Shown in pieces: positions 23,397-32,891 of a stretch of DNA of 39,363 nucleotides. This DNA comes from Clostridia bacterium (lineage in GTDB: Bacteria > Bacillota > Clostridia > Oscillospirales > CAG-382). The notes under the pieces are model-generated. The model had not been told where the DNA came from. It did no database searches and saw only the letters and a program-made list of their open reading frames with translations. The first letter of the stretch is position 1; each line of letters starts with the position of its first letter. A program made the position numbers and the translations under genes. The DNA is taken from contig JAGBWF010000100.1 of NCBI GenBank assembly GCA_017629895.1, positions 1 to 39,363 of the forward strand, in the 5' to 3' direction.

Positions 23397-24011
23397 ATGG
23401 AAGATTATAAAAGAATTATAGCAAACAACATAACCGAGCTTCGCAAAGCGGTGCCGTATACTCAGGCAGAGCTTGCCGAAAAGCTTAATTATTCCGACAA
23501 AGCCGTTTCCAAGTGGGAGCGCGGCGAATCTATTCCCGACGTTATCGTTTTAAAGCAGATCGCCGATCTTTTCGGCGTTACGGTCGATTATCTTTTGGAA
23601 GAGGTACACCCATTAAGCGCGACGATGCAGAGCGTACCGCGGCAGCTCAAAACAAACAGAATGCTCGTTGTCGGGCTTTCGTGTATGCTCACGTTTTTGA
23701 TCGCGACGCTTGCCTTTGTAACCCTATCGCTTGCGACAGATATCGGCAGGCTTTGGCTCGGATTCGTATACTGCGTTCCCGTATGTGCGATAATACTTAT
23801 CGTTTTCAATTCTATTTGGGGCATAAAGAAGCTTAATTATCTGTTTATAACCCTTCTGATGTGGGGCGTCCTTGCGAGTATATATCTCACCGTCGGCGAC
23901 TATTCGAACTGGCTTATATTCGTAATCGGTATTCCCGGTCAGGTCATAATCCTGCTTTGGTCGGGTATGAAGGCGAAGATTTTCAGAAGAGTTAAAGCCG
24001 CAAAAAAATAA
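23397..24011 (+). CDS. XRE-family helix-turn-helix regulator with four-helix membrane C-terminal half
   Basis: 204 aa from ATG 23397. 'ITELRKAVPYTQAELAEKLNYSDKAVSKWERGESIPDVIVLKQIADLFGVTVDYLL' is a Cro/C1-type HTH, followed by four hydrophobic segments. Confidence 0.8.
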   Translation: MEDYKRIIANNITELRKAVPYTQAELAEKLNYSDKAVSKWERGESIPDVIVLKQIADLFGVTVDYLLEEVHPLSATMQSVPRQLKTNRMLVVGLSCMLTFLIATLAFVTLSLATDIGRLWLGFVYCVPVCAIILIVFNSIWGIKKLNYLFITLLMWGVLASIYLTVGDYSNWLIFVIGIPGQVIILLWSGMKAKIFRRVKAAKK

Positions 24012-24053
24012 AAAAAGAACACTTGCCGTTTTATTATCGGCAAGTGTTTTTTA
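24010..24053. terminator. bidirectional intrinsic terminator (XRE gene / folD)
   Basis: Perfect 11-bp stem AACACTTGCCG (24018-24028) / CGGCAAGTGTT (24038-24048), with an A-run upstream and TTTT downstream. Confidence 0.8.
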
Positions 24054-24055
24054 GG

Positions 24056-24904
24056 TTAAAGACCGAAGCGCATTTTATAAGAGGTAACGGTGTTCTGCAT
24101 AAGTATCGCGATAGTCATAGGTCCGACACCGCCGGGAACGGGGGTGATATACGAAGCCTTTTCCGCGCAGGAATCGAAATCGAGGTCGCCTACGAGCTTG
24201 TCGCCGACGCGATTGATGCCTACGTCGATAAGCACTGCGCCCTCTTTAACCATATCTCCGGTTATCATTTGGGGCTTGCCGACTGCGGCGATAAGGATAT
24301 CGGCGTTTTTGGTAAAGCTTGCAAGGTCCTTGGTGCGCGAGTGGCAGGTGGTAACGGTGCCGTTTTCTGCGAGAAGGAGAGCTCCCATAGGCTTGCCGAC
24401 GATATTGCTTCTGCCGACAACAACGCAGTTTTTGCCCGAAATTTCAACGTTTGCTTCCTTTAAAAGACGCATAACGCCCGCAGGGGTGCAGGGCTGGAAG
24501 CGGGGTGCGCCGGTGAACAGCTTGCCGACGTTATATGCGTGGAAGGCATCGACGTCCTTATCGGGCGAGATAGCCTCGATAACTCTGTCGGGGTCGATCT
24601 GCTTGGGAACGGGCATCTGAACGAGGATACCGTCTACGCTCTCGTCCTTGTTAAGAAAATCGATAAGCTCTAAAAGCTTTTCCTCGGTTTCGTCTGCAGA
24701 AAGCAGATATTCAAGGCTTGTGATGCCGACCGCCTCGCAGGCTCTTTTTTTGTTGCGGACGTATACCGCGCTTGCGGGGTCGTCGCCGACAAGAATTACC
24801 GCAAGACAGGGTGCACGTCTGCCCGATGCCGTAAGTGCTTTTATTTCCTCGGCTGTTTCTGCCTTGCATTTAGCCGATATTGCTTTTCCGTCGATAATGT
24901 TCAT
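24056..24904 (-). CDS. folD: bifunctional methylenetetrahydrofolate dehydrogenase / methenyl-THF cyclohydrolase
   Basis: 282 aa. 'PCLAVILVGDDPASAVYVRNKKRA', 'DGILVQMPVP', 'VVVGRSNIVGKPM', 'PVPGGVGPMTIA'. Confidence 0.9.
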   Translation of the reverse strand: MNIIDGKAISAKCKAETAEEIKALTASGRRAPCLAVILVGDDPASAVYVRNKKRACEAVGITSLEYLLSADETEEKLLELIDFLNKDESVDGILVQMPVPKQIDPDRVIEAISPDKDVDAFHAYNVGKLFTGAPRFQPCTPAGVMRLLKEANVEISGKNCVVVGRSNIVGKPMGALLLAENGTVTTCHSRTKDLASFTKNADILIAAVGKPQMITGDMVKEGAVLIDVGINRVGDKLVGDLDFDSCAEKASYITPVPGGVGPMTIAILMQNTVTSYKMRFGL

Positions 24905-25968
24905 TATTGCTCTTCCTCCTCTTCGTCGATATCGTCGGGATCGCCGTCGAGCATATCCTGCTCGGCGAGCGTTTCTTCATCGTAATCTCCGATATCCTCC
25001 AATTCCTCGGATTCTTCGGAATCGTCGGATACGTCGTTTTCGGTGTCGAAAACGCTTTGATCGAGCGCATCCTCCTCGTTGCTTGTTGCGATTTTAACCG
25101 TTGCATAAGCAGAGGTGTATTCCTCCATTTCGCCCCTTTCGGTTCTGTGGCGGCTATAAAGCACGAGCTCGCCGATTATCGCCGCGATAACGCAGACGAT
25201 ACCCACGAATACCGAGAATTTGAGGTTGCCGACGATATAAAGGCTGTCGGCGCGGAGGGTTTCGATATAAGCTCTGCCGAGACCGTACCAGCCGAGGTAT
25301 GCGAAGAAAATTTCGCCGTTGAATTTCTTTTTGCGATAGAGGATGAAGAGTATTATCGCAAGTCCGAGAATATTCCAGAGCGATTCATAGATAAAGGTCG
25401 GGTGTACGCAGTTTACACCGACGGGATTTTTCTTGCCGTCGATAACGTAATAATCGAGAACCATTCTCCAGGGGAGCTTATCTACGCCCTCGGACCAGCC
25501 GTATGCCTCGGCGTTAACAAAGTTGCCCCATCTGCCGATAGCCTGACCGAGCATAACCGCGGGTGCAAGTGCATCGAGCATGGAAAGCGAGTTGAGCTTT
25601 TTGATCTTATTGTGGATAAGCACGGCGACAAGACCGAAAATTATCGCGCCGTAGATAGCGATACCGCCTTGGCGGATGTTTATAATATTAAGGAAGCCCG
25701 TGCCCTTAAAACGCTCCCATTCGGTTGCGACGTAAACGAAGCGCGCGCCGATTATGCCGACGGGCATAACGAGCAGGGTAACGTTATAGATAGAATCGGG
25801 GTCGATTCCTTCCTTTTTCACAGCGTAGCGGTAAAAAAGCAAAAACGCAAGAAGTATACCTGTCGTGATAATTACACCGTACCACTTGATATCGATTCCG
25901 AAAATCGAGAATGCGGTTTCATTTACGGTGAAGTCGAGTCCTAATCCGGGAAATTGGATTCTGTTCAT
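24904..25968 (-). CDS. lgt: prolipoprotein diacylglyceryl transferase with about 80-aa polyacidic C-terminal tail
   Basis: 354 aa. 'IKWYGVIITTGILLAF', 'GARFVYV', 'GGIAIYGAIIFG', 'GQAIGRWGNFVNAEAYG', 'HPTFIYESLWN' are Lgt signatures. The tail runs 'EEDALDQSVF...DIDEEEEEQ'. Confidence 0.85.
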   Translation of the reverse strand: MNRIQFPGLGLDFTVNETAFSIFGIDIKWYGVIITTGILLAFLLFYRYAVKKEGIDPDSIYNVTLLVMPVGIIGARFVYVATEWERFKGTGFLNIINIRQGGIAIYGAIIFGLVAVLIHNKIKKLNSLSMLDALAPAVMLGQAIGRWGNFVNAEAYGWSEGVDKLPWRMVLDYYVIDGKKNPVGVNCVHPTFIYESLWNILGLAIILFILYRKKKFNGEIFFAYLGWYGLGRAYIETLRADSLYIVGNLKFSVFVGIVCVIAAIIGELVLYSRHRTERGEMEEYTSAYATVKIATSNEEDALDQSVFDTENDVSDDSEESEELEDIGDYDEETLAEQDMLDGDPDDIDEEEEEQ

Positions 25969-27248
25969 AGATCTTTTCCTTTCTGTATTATGCTTATCGC
26001 GGAATTTTTTGTATCGATCGAATCGAGAGCCGATTTTATATCCTCGCTCGTAATCGAGCGGAGAGCCTCGATACAGTCGTATTCGTCGTATTCAAGTCTT
26101 GCGCTGTCGGACATCGCGACGGTTATATCCTCGCCCGAATCGAACAGAGTGAGGCTGACGGCATAGGCGGATTTTTTCTCGCGGAGGATCTGCTCCTCGG
26201 TGAAAAAATTGCTTTTGCGGTATTCAATTTCATCGAAGGCTGCTTGCATAACCCTTTCGTATTCGCTTCCGCTGCCCGAAATTATAATATGCGCGCTTTG
26301 ACGCGATTGGTTATAGCCTGCATAAAAACGCTCGTTTATAAGTCCGTTTTCGTAGCTACGGCAGTAAAAATCGCTCGCTCTGCCGAAAAGCAAAGACATC
26401 AGAAGCCGCATCGACACGTCTCTTTTATAAGAGGCAAGGTTGTTTTTTGGCGAGGGTGCACATTTTATTCCGATGCAGTAAAGCTCGCTTGCGACCTGTG
26501 CCGATTCGGAAATTCTTTTTTGGTTTACACCCCTCGGCTCCTCGCGGAAGACGGTCTTGGGGCGCGAGCCGCTTTTTTGCGAGAAATATTTTTCGACAGC
26601 CTGCTTTATCGCTTCGGGGTCGGCGTTGCCGCAAACACAAAGCGAAAGATTTTCGGGAACGTAGAAATCGTTATAAGCGCGTGCAAGCGTTTCCTTCGTT
26701 ATTTCCGAAATCGTTTCGACCGTGCCCGAAACGGCGAAGCGGGTGGGGTGATTAAAATAAAGCGCCTTGCTCAGATTCCGCGCGACAGTCGAGGACGGCA
26801 TGTCGTCGTACATCTTGATTTCGCGCGAGATAATCATTTTCTCCTTTTTGACAGACGCTTTTGTGAAATGAACGCTCGATACCGATTTCAGAAGAATATC
26901 GAGGTTTTCGTAGAAATTATCCGTGCAGGAGAAATAATAGCAGGTATTTTCGAACGACGTGAACGCGTTTGCGTTGCCGCCGAATTTATCGAATTCGAGA
27001 AAAGAATCGCTTCCGTCCTCGCTTTCGAACATTTTGTGCTCGAGAAAGTGCGCCGTGCCCGCAGGGAGAGAAAAAAGCTCGCCGTTCTTTTCGTATTCGA
27101 GGTCGGCACCGCCGAAATTACAGCATATCATCGCGTAGACCGCAGAAAGCTGCTTCGGCACAACGGTTATTCTGAATCCGTTTTCGAGCGTGGTATGGTA
27201 ATATTTTTCCTTTAAGCTCTTGCTTTCCTTCAAAGAGAAGCTATTCAT
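25965..27248 (-). CDS. M16-family zinc peptidase (active-site HxxEH present)
   Basis: 427 aa. Inverted zinc motif 'HFLEHKMF' (HxxEH). ATGA overlap with lgt and an 8-nt overlap with the upstream M16 gene. Confidence 0.8.
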   Translation of the reverse strand: MNSFSLKESKSLKEKYYHTTLENGFRITVVPKQLSAVYAMICCNFGGADLEYEKNGELFSLPAGTAHFLEHKMFESEDGSDSFLEFDKFGGNANAFTSFENTCYYFSCTDNFYENLDILLKSVSSVHFTKASVKKEKMIISREIKMYDDMPSSTVARNLSKALYFNHPTRFAVSGTVETISEITKETLARAYNDFYVPENLSLCVCGNADPEAIKQAVEKYFSQKSGSRPKTVFREEPRGVNQKRISESAQVASELYCIGIKCAPSPKNNLASYKRDVSMRLLMSLLFGRASDFYCRSYENGLINERFYAGYNQSRQSAHIIISGSGSEYERVMQAAFDEIEYRKSNFFTEEQILREKKSAYAVSLTLFDSGEDITVAMSDSARLEYDEYDCIEALRSITSEDIKSALDSIDTKNSAISIIQKGKDL

Positions 27249-28515
27249 CGCACACCTCCGCAGAAAGAATATATTCGAGCTCGGGCTTTACCGTTTGTGC
27301 GAGTGCGATAACCTCGTCGCGCGTAACGTTGGTTACAAGCTCTATGCTTTCCTCGATGGTTGCCGAATCCTCACTCAAAATCTGTCCGAGCAGATATCCG
27401 CTTATCGAATTAAGCGTGTTTTCGGCACTGCGCAGAGAGCGGATTATCGAATTTTTTGCGTTTATAAGGTCGGAGTCCGAAAAATTCCCGTTTTTCATCT
27501 CGGAAACCTCGCGGTATATCGCCTTTATCGCCTGCTCCTCACACCCCGGCTCAAGCCCGCAGGAAACGAAGATGACGTTTTTTCTGCCCGCCGGATACGA
27601 AGAGCAATAATAGCAAAGCCCCTCCTTTTCGCGCACGTTCATAAAAAGCTTGCTTGCGGGGGAACCGCCGAATATCTCGTCGTAAACGGTGAGAATTGCA
27701 CGCTTTTTCGCGCTGTCGGGCATTATCGTCGTAAAGCCGAGTATAAGAACGCTCTGCTCCATTTCCATTACCTCGTGGACACGGAGGATTTCGTCTCTCG
27801 CGATATGAAGAACGGAATCGGGCAGCTCGTTTTTGCGCGGGGTGAAGGGAAGGTGCGTCTGCACACATTCCTCGATATATTCGAAATCCGCTTCGCCCGC
27901 ATAGGTTATAAATACGGGGGCGTTTTCAAGTATTTCTTTATAAAAACCGTATAGCTGTCTTCCGTCGAGTGCTCTGACGCGCTCGGTTTCGCCGCCGGCA
28001 TCGACCGCAAAGGGCTCGTTTTCACACATTATCTGCCTTGCGCGGAGCATAGCATAGGAGGGCTTATTCTCGATAAGCGATTCTATTTCGTCGATAAGAC
28101 AAAGCTTTTCGGTTTCGACGTTTGCTTCGGTGAAGGCGCCGTTTTCGATATGCGGATTAAAAATCGCATCGCCCAAAAGCTCGGTGGCGCGATAAAGCAC
28201 CCTTTCGCCATCGAAGGCAAAGGAATCGGCAATCGTGTCCATTTCGAGCTTGACAAGCAAAAGCTCGCCTCTGCGCTGAACGAAGGCATCGAGGCCGAGT
28301 GCATAGAGCTCGTCCTTTATTATCGAAAGCGATTGCATCGTTTTATAGCTGCCCGTGGAAAGCGAGAGCAGGTTTGTGAGCAGAGAATAGCCCGAAGCGG
28401 TCTCACGCGTGAGCGGGACCGCAAAGGAAACCGACATTGAAGCCGATTTGAATTTATCGGTTTTGCAGGCGGCAAGACAGACGCCCGGTTTAAGCTGTTT
28501 TATGCGAATATCCAT
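27241..28515 (-). CDS. M16-family peptidase homologue lacking HxxEH (probable non-catalytic partner)
   Basis: 424 aa. Same length class and position as the YmfF/YmfH-type pairs of Firmicutes. No HxxEH is visible in the N-terminal 100 aa. Confidence 0.7.
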   Translation of the reverse strand: MDIRIKQLKPGVCLAACKTDKFKSASMSVSFAVPLTRETASGYSLLTNLLSLSTGSYKTMQSLSIIKDELYALGLDAFVQRRGELLLVKLEMDTIADSFAFDGERVLYRATELLGDAIFNPHIENGAFTEANVETEKLCLIDEIESLIENKPSYAMLRARQIMCENEPFAVDAGGETERVRALDGRQLYGFYKEILENAPVFITYAGEADFEYIEECVQTHLPFTPRKNELPDSVLHIARDEILRVHEVMEMEQSVLILGFTTIMPDSAKKRAILTVYDEIFGGSPASKLFMNVREKEGLCYYCSSYPAGRKNVIFVSCGLEPGCEEQAIKAIYREVSEMKNGNFSDSDLINAKNSIIRSLRSAENTLNSISGYLLGQILSEDSATIEESIELVTNVTRDEVIALAQTVKPELEYILSAEVCDE

Positions 28516-29282
28516 TAAATCAGAGAAGCACTGTCCTTATCAAGATAGAGTTTTGCGTTTTTGTGATTGCGGAGCGCTGTCGCGGGGCATTCCTCGTTGA
28601 TTTCGCCGCAAAGCGTTCTCTTGACCGCATTTGCCTTGGTCTTTGCGGGAACGATACAGAAAATACTTTCGGGTGCGACAAGCGTGGGGATGGTGAGGGT
28701 AAGAGCGTATTTCGGAACCTCGTCGATGCTTGCGAAGCATCCGTCGTTGACCTGCTGCATACGACAGGTTTCGTCGAGAGAAACGACCTTGACCGTCTTT
28801 TTATCGTTGAAATCTGCAACGTGAGGATCGTTGAAGGCGATATGTCCGTTTTCGCCGATGCCCATAATGATAACGTCGCATTTGCGCTCGTTAAGAAGCG
28901 CGGTATAGCGCTCGCATTCTGCTTCGGGATCAGCCGCGGTGCAATCGATATAGTTCACCGATGCAAAGGGAACTCTGCCGAAGATCGCGTTTTTAAGGAA
29001 GTTGCCGAAGCCCTGAGGCGCATCTGCGGGAAGACCGATATATTCGTCCATGTGGAATGCGTGGATCTTGGTCCAATCGATAGATTTATCTGCGATGATT
29101 GCCGCCAAAAAATCGTTCTGGCTGGGAGCTGCGGCAAAAATCATATTGATCTCGCCCTTTTCCGCTATCTGTCTGTTGATTTCCGCAGCGGCTTCCTTTG
29201 CGGCATATTCGCCCATTTCCGCGCGGGTATCGAACGCGATATAATCAAGATTGTCTACTCTGCCTTGCTTAAATACTGCCAT
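28515..29282 (-). CDS. glucosamine-6-phosphate deaminase-family paralogue (NagB/6-phosphogluconolactonase fold)
   Basis: 255 aa. 'IFAAAPSQNDF', 'HMDEYIGL', 'IMGIGENGHIAFNDP'. It lies directly downstream of nagA. Confidence 0.8.
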   Translation of the reverse strand: MAVFKQGRVDNLDYIAFDTRAEMGEYAAKEAAAEINRQIAEKGEINMIFAAAPSQNDFLAAIIADKSIDWTKIHAFHMDEYIGLPADAPQGFGNFLKNAIFGRVPFASVNYIDCTAADPEAECERYTALLNERKCDVIIMGIGENGHIAFNDPHVADFNDKKTVKVVSLDETCRMQQVNDGCFASIDEVPKYALTLTIPTLVAPESIFCIVPAKTKANAVKRTLCGEINEECPATALRNHKNAKLYLDKDSASLI

Positions 29283-29288
29283 TTTTAA

Positions 29289-30434
29289 TTACCTCTCGTA
29301 TATGATTTTTCCGCCGGAAACAACGGCTATGATATTGATTTCTTCATCAAAAACGGTGAAATCTGCGCGTTTTCCTGCGACGATATCGCCGCGGTCGTGC
29401 ATATTGCAAAGACGTGCGGGTGTTGAGGTCATCATCTTCACCGCGTCCTCGAGGCTTGCGCCTGCCGCTATCGCGTTGCGGACAAGTCTGTCGGTCGTTG
29501 CAACCGAGCCTGCAAACGCTTCGCCGCCCGGCATTTTCGCAACGCCGTCCTCGATATAGCATTCCTGACCGTTTGTGAGCGAGCCGAGAATGGTTTTGCC
29601 CTCGGTCATACCCGCACCGCGCATTGCATCGGTTACGAGTGCGCATTTATCGGTGCCCTTGGCTCTGAAAACGTAGCCGAGCATAGAGTGGGGCAGATGC
29701 TTGCCGTCGCAAATAACCTCGACTGTAAGATCGTCGATCATATAACCGCTTTCGATCATACCGGGGTAGCGGTATCCGCGCTTTCTTGTGAGCGCGCTCA
29801 TTCCGCTGTAAAAGTGGGTAAGATGCGTGTATCCGTGCTTGTTTGCCTCGAGCACGGTTTCGTAAAGCGCATCGGAATGTCCCATAGATGCGCATATACC
29901 GAGCTCTTTGAGTCTGTCGCCGAGCTCAAGAGCACCGTCCAATTCGGGAGCGACCGACCAGCGCGTGATAAGACCGTCGGCTTCCTTCAAAACAGCCTCG
30001 TAGTGCTCTTTTTCGGGATTTTTAAGATATTTGGGGTCCTGTGCGCCTGCCTGCTTCGAGGAAAAATAGGGCCCCTCGAGGTGCATACCGTAGAACATAC
30101 CGCCGTAAACGTCGTCGTTCTTTACGTTGCGGAGCACCGAGAAGGAATGGAACAGCTCTTCATCGGGGCAGGTAAGCGTTGTCGGCAAAAGTGTTGCGGT
30201 GCCATGACTTGCGTGGAGCTTTGCCGCGCCGAGATATGCATCCTCGGTGCCGTCCATAAAATCGTGTCCGCCGCCGCCGTGGATGTGTATATCAACGAAG
30301 CCGGGCGCGATATAATATTCCTTTTCGGCTTCTCCTGCGCAAACTCCGCCTATAACGCCGTTTTCGTAGGAAACACTGCCGCTTATTATCCCGTCGGGAG
30401 TGATGATTTTACCGGATAGATACTGCTTTCCCAT
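29289..30434 (-). CDS. nagA: N-acetylglucosamine-6-phosphate deacetylase
   Basis: 381 aa. 'APGFVDIHIHGGGGHDFMDG', 'MGHSDA', 'THFYSGM', 'LVTDAM'. Confidence 0.9.
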   Translation of the reverse strand: MGKQYLSGKIITPDGIISGSVSYENGVIGGVCAGEAEKEYYIAPGFVDIHIHGGGGHDFMDGTEDAYLGAAKLHASHGTATLLPTTLTCPDEELFHSFSVLRNVKNDDVYGGMFYGMHLEGPYFSSKQAGAQDPKYLKNPEKEHYEAVLKEADGLITRWSVAPELDGALELGDRLKELGICASMGHSDALYETVLEANKHGYTHLTHFYSGMSALTRKRGYRYPGMIESGYMIDDLTVEVICDGKHLPHSMLGYVFRAKGTDKCALVTDAMRGAGMTEGKTILGSLTNGQECYIEDGVAKMPGGEAFAGSVATTDRLVRNAIAAGASLEDAVKMMTSTPARLCNMHDRGDIVAGKRADFTVFDEEINIIAVVSGGKIIYER

Positions 30435-30442
30435 AATTCACC

Positions 30443-30916
30443 TCATTCGGTTATAATACACACCGCGCTTGCCGCGATGCCTTCTTTTTTGCCCGTAAAG
30501 CCCAAGCCTTCTTCGGTCGTTGCCTTGATACCGACGTATTCGATACCGATTCCGAGCGTTTTTGCGATATTTTCGCGCATTTTATCGATATAAGGCGCGA
30601 GCTTAGGCGCCTGCGCGATGATTATCGCGTCTATATTATTTATCTCGCACCCCTTGGCGCGAAGCATTTTTCCAACCTCATCAAGAAGGATAAGCGAGCT
30701 TACCCCGCGGTATTTTTCGTCGCTGTCGGGGAAGTGTCTTCCGATATCGCCCAGCGCGCAGGCACCCAGAAGTGCGTCGCATATCGCATGGGTGAGCACG
30801 TCGGCATCCGAATGTCCGAGCAAGCCGGTTTCGTGCTCTATCTCGACACCGCCGAGAATTAGCCTTCTGTCCGCTACAAGCCTGTGAACGTCGTAGCCCT
30901 GACCGATTCTTATCAT
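30443..30916 (-). CDS. ispF: 2-C-methyl-D-erythritol 2,4-cyclodiphosphate synthase
   Basis: 157 aa. '[11 protein letters not shown]', '[21 protein letters not shown]', 'GDIGRHFPD'. Confidence 0.9.
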   Translation of the reverse strand: MIRIGQGYDVHRLVADRRLILGGVEIEHETGLLGHSDADVLTHAICDALLGACALGDIGRHFPDSDEKYRGVSSLILLDEVGKMLRAKGCEINNIDAIIIAQAPKLAPYIDKMRENIAKTLGIGIEYVGIKATTEEGLGFTGKKEGIAASAVCIITE

Positions 30917-31599
30917 ACCTGTGTCCTTCTTTTCATCAATAATTCCGCTATCGGTACGTCGTCGATTGCGGTTATTTTTATATTCGTTTCAAGCCGTTTT
31001 ATATAGCAGACCTCGACCCCGATTTCTTCTAAAAGCGAGGTTTCGTCGGTAAAATCGGCTATAGCAGCCCCGACGGCGTTCGCGGCGTGAAGATAAAGCG
31101 AGCGCTTGAAGCACTGAGGAGTCTGCACCGCGAAAAGAGAATCGCGGTCGGGCGTGGAAACAAAACCCGTCAAAGCATCCTTTTGCTTTATCGTATCGGT
31201 AACCGCAGAGCAAACGCAGGAGGCACCGTGCTTTTCGGCGGCTTCAAGCGCTGTGTTTATCATTTCTGCGGTAATAAACGGGCGGGCGCAATCGTGAACG
31301 CAAACGAGATACGCGTCCTTCGGGAGAGCCGAAACGCCGTTTTTTACCGATTCTGCACGGGTTGCCCCTCCGCGTGTAAAGGCAATCGGCTTTTTGAAAT
31401 CCTTCGCCAGAACACGCAGAGAGTCTTCGTTATCCTCGGAGCAAACGACGTTTACACCGCAAACGCAGGAAGCGTCGAATGCCTCGAGGACGTATTCAAA
31501 TAAGGTTTTGCCGAGTATTTTTATATTCGGCTTCGAAACGCCGCCCATTCTGCTGCCACTGCCTGCGGCGGCGATAACGGCGTATGCCTTGTTAATCAT
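30913..31599 (-). CDS. ispD: 2-C-methyl-D-erythritol 4-phosphate cytidylyltransferase
   Basis: 228 aa. '[13 protein letters not shown]', 'VHDCARPF', 'VQTPQCF'. ATGA overlap with ispF. Confidence 0.9.
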   Translation of the reverse strand: MINKAYAVIAAAGSGSRMGGVSKPNIKILGKTLFEYVLEAFDASCVCGVNVVCSEDNEDSLRVLAKDFKKPIAFTRGGATRAESVKNGVSALPKDAYLVCVHDCARPFITAEMINTALEAAEKHGASCVCSAVTDTIKQKDALTGFVSTPDRDSLFAVQTPQCFKRSLYLHAANAVGAAIADFTDETSLLEEIGVEVCYIKRLETNIKITAIDDVPIAELLMKRRTQV

Positions 31600-31611
31600 A
31601 AAGCGTTGAAA

Positions 31612-32145
31612 TCAACCTTCGTAATCGTAACCCATCTGAAGTGCGCGAGCGTTCATTTCGCCGAGCTCGGGCTTTGCCTTGGGAGCGGAAGCCTTGATGC
31701 ACTCCATAAAATAGTCCATAGAATAAAGACCGGTCTTTTTGATAAGATAACCGAGAATGATAACGTTTGCGAGCTTGGAGAAGCCTGCGTCGTTTGCCAT
31801 CTGGGTTGCGGGGATATAGTATGCGTTTACGTCGCTTCTCGAGGTTTCGATATCGATAAGCGAGCTGTCGATAACGATACTGCCGCCGACAGCAACTCTG
31901 CCTTCGAATTTAAGAAGCGAGGGCTTGTTCATTGCGATAAGAATATCGGGGGTGGTTACAAGCGGAGAACCGATAGGCTCGTCGTCGATATTAACCGAGC
32001 AGTTGCAGGTACCGCCGCGCATTTCGGGGCCGTAGGAGGGAAGCCAGCTAACCTGCTTGTCCGCCTTCATTCCTGCGAGCACTAATTGCTTACCTGCGAA
32101 GAGTATACCCTGACCGCCGAAGCCTGCCAAAAGAATAGCACTCAT
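31612..32145 (-). CDS. 2-oxoacid:ferredoxin oxidoreductase, gamma subunit
   Basis: 177 aa. '[16 protein letters not shown]' and 'SYGPEMRGG' are typical of POR/KOR gamma. Confidence 0.85.
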   Translation of the reverse strand: MSAILLAGFGGQGILFAGKQLVLAGMKADKQVSWLPSYGPEMRGGTCNCSVNIDDEPIGSPLVTTPDILIAMNKPSLLKFEGRVAVGGSIVIDSSLIDIETSRSDVNAYYIPATQMANDAGFSKLANVIILGYLIKKTGLYSMDYFMECIKASAPKAKPELGEMNARALQMGYDYEG

Positions 32146-32891
32146 TTCGTTTCCTCCTTTGTTACGTCCTTGTATACGCCGAGCGGATAGTGAGCCATCA
32201 TATTCTCACGGAGCCATTCGAGCGATTTTTCGGGAGAAAGTCCCCAGTTGGTCGGGCAGGTGGAAAGAACCTCGATAATCGAAAGTCCCTTCTTGCTCTG
32301 CTGCATTTCGAAGCCCTTTTTGATAGCCGCCTTTGCCTTGCGGATATTGGGCACGCAGTCTACCGAAACGCGCTCTGCATAAGCAACGCCGTCCAAGGTG
32401 CTTACCATTTCGCAAACGCGGATGGGGTTACCCTGAATTTCCTTGATTCTGCCGTAGGGAGAGGTGGTGGAAACCTGACCGAGCAACGTGGTGGGCGCCA
32501 TCTGACCGCCGGTCATACCGTAGATTGCGTTATTGACGAAGATGATGGTGATATTTTCACCTCTTGCGCCGACGTGAACCGTTTCTGCGGTACCGATAGC
32601 GGCAAGGTCGCCGTCGCCCTGATAGGTGAATACGGTAAGGTCGGGGTTTGCGCGCTTAACGCCGGTAGCAACCGCGGGCGCTCTGCCGTGGGGTGCTTCG
32701 ATCATATCGCAGTTGAAATAGTTATAAGCAAATACCGAGCAACCGACGGGTGCGATACCAACGGTGGTATTTTCAACGCCGAGCTCGTCGATAACCTCGG
32801 CTACAAGACGGTGGATAATACCGTGGGTACAGCCGGGGCAGTAGTGAAAGGGTGTATCTGTTAAAGCGTGGGGCTTTTCGAAAACGGTCAT
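32142..32891 (-). CDS. 2-oxoacid:ferredoxin oxidoreductase, beta (TPP-binding) subunit
   Basis: 249 aa. 'YCPGCTHG' and 'GDGDLAAIG...NNAIYGMTGGQ' form the TPP-binding motif. Confidence 0.85.
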   Translation of the reverse strand: MTVFEKPHALTDTPFHYCPGCTHGIIHRLVAEVIDELGVENTTVGIAPVGCSVFAYNYFNCDMIEAPHGRAPAVATGVKRANPDLTVFTYQGDGDLAAIGTAETVHVGARGENITIIFVNNAIYGMTGGQMAPTTLLGQVSTTSPYGRIKEIQGNPIRVCEMVSTLDGVAYAERVSVDCVPNIRKAKAAIKKGFEMQQSKKGLSIIEVLSTCPTNWGLSPEKSLEWLRENMMAHYPLGVYKDVTKEETK

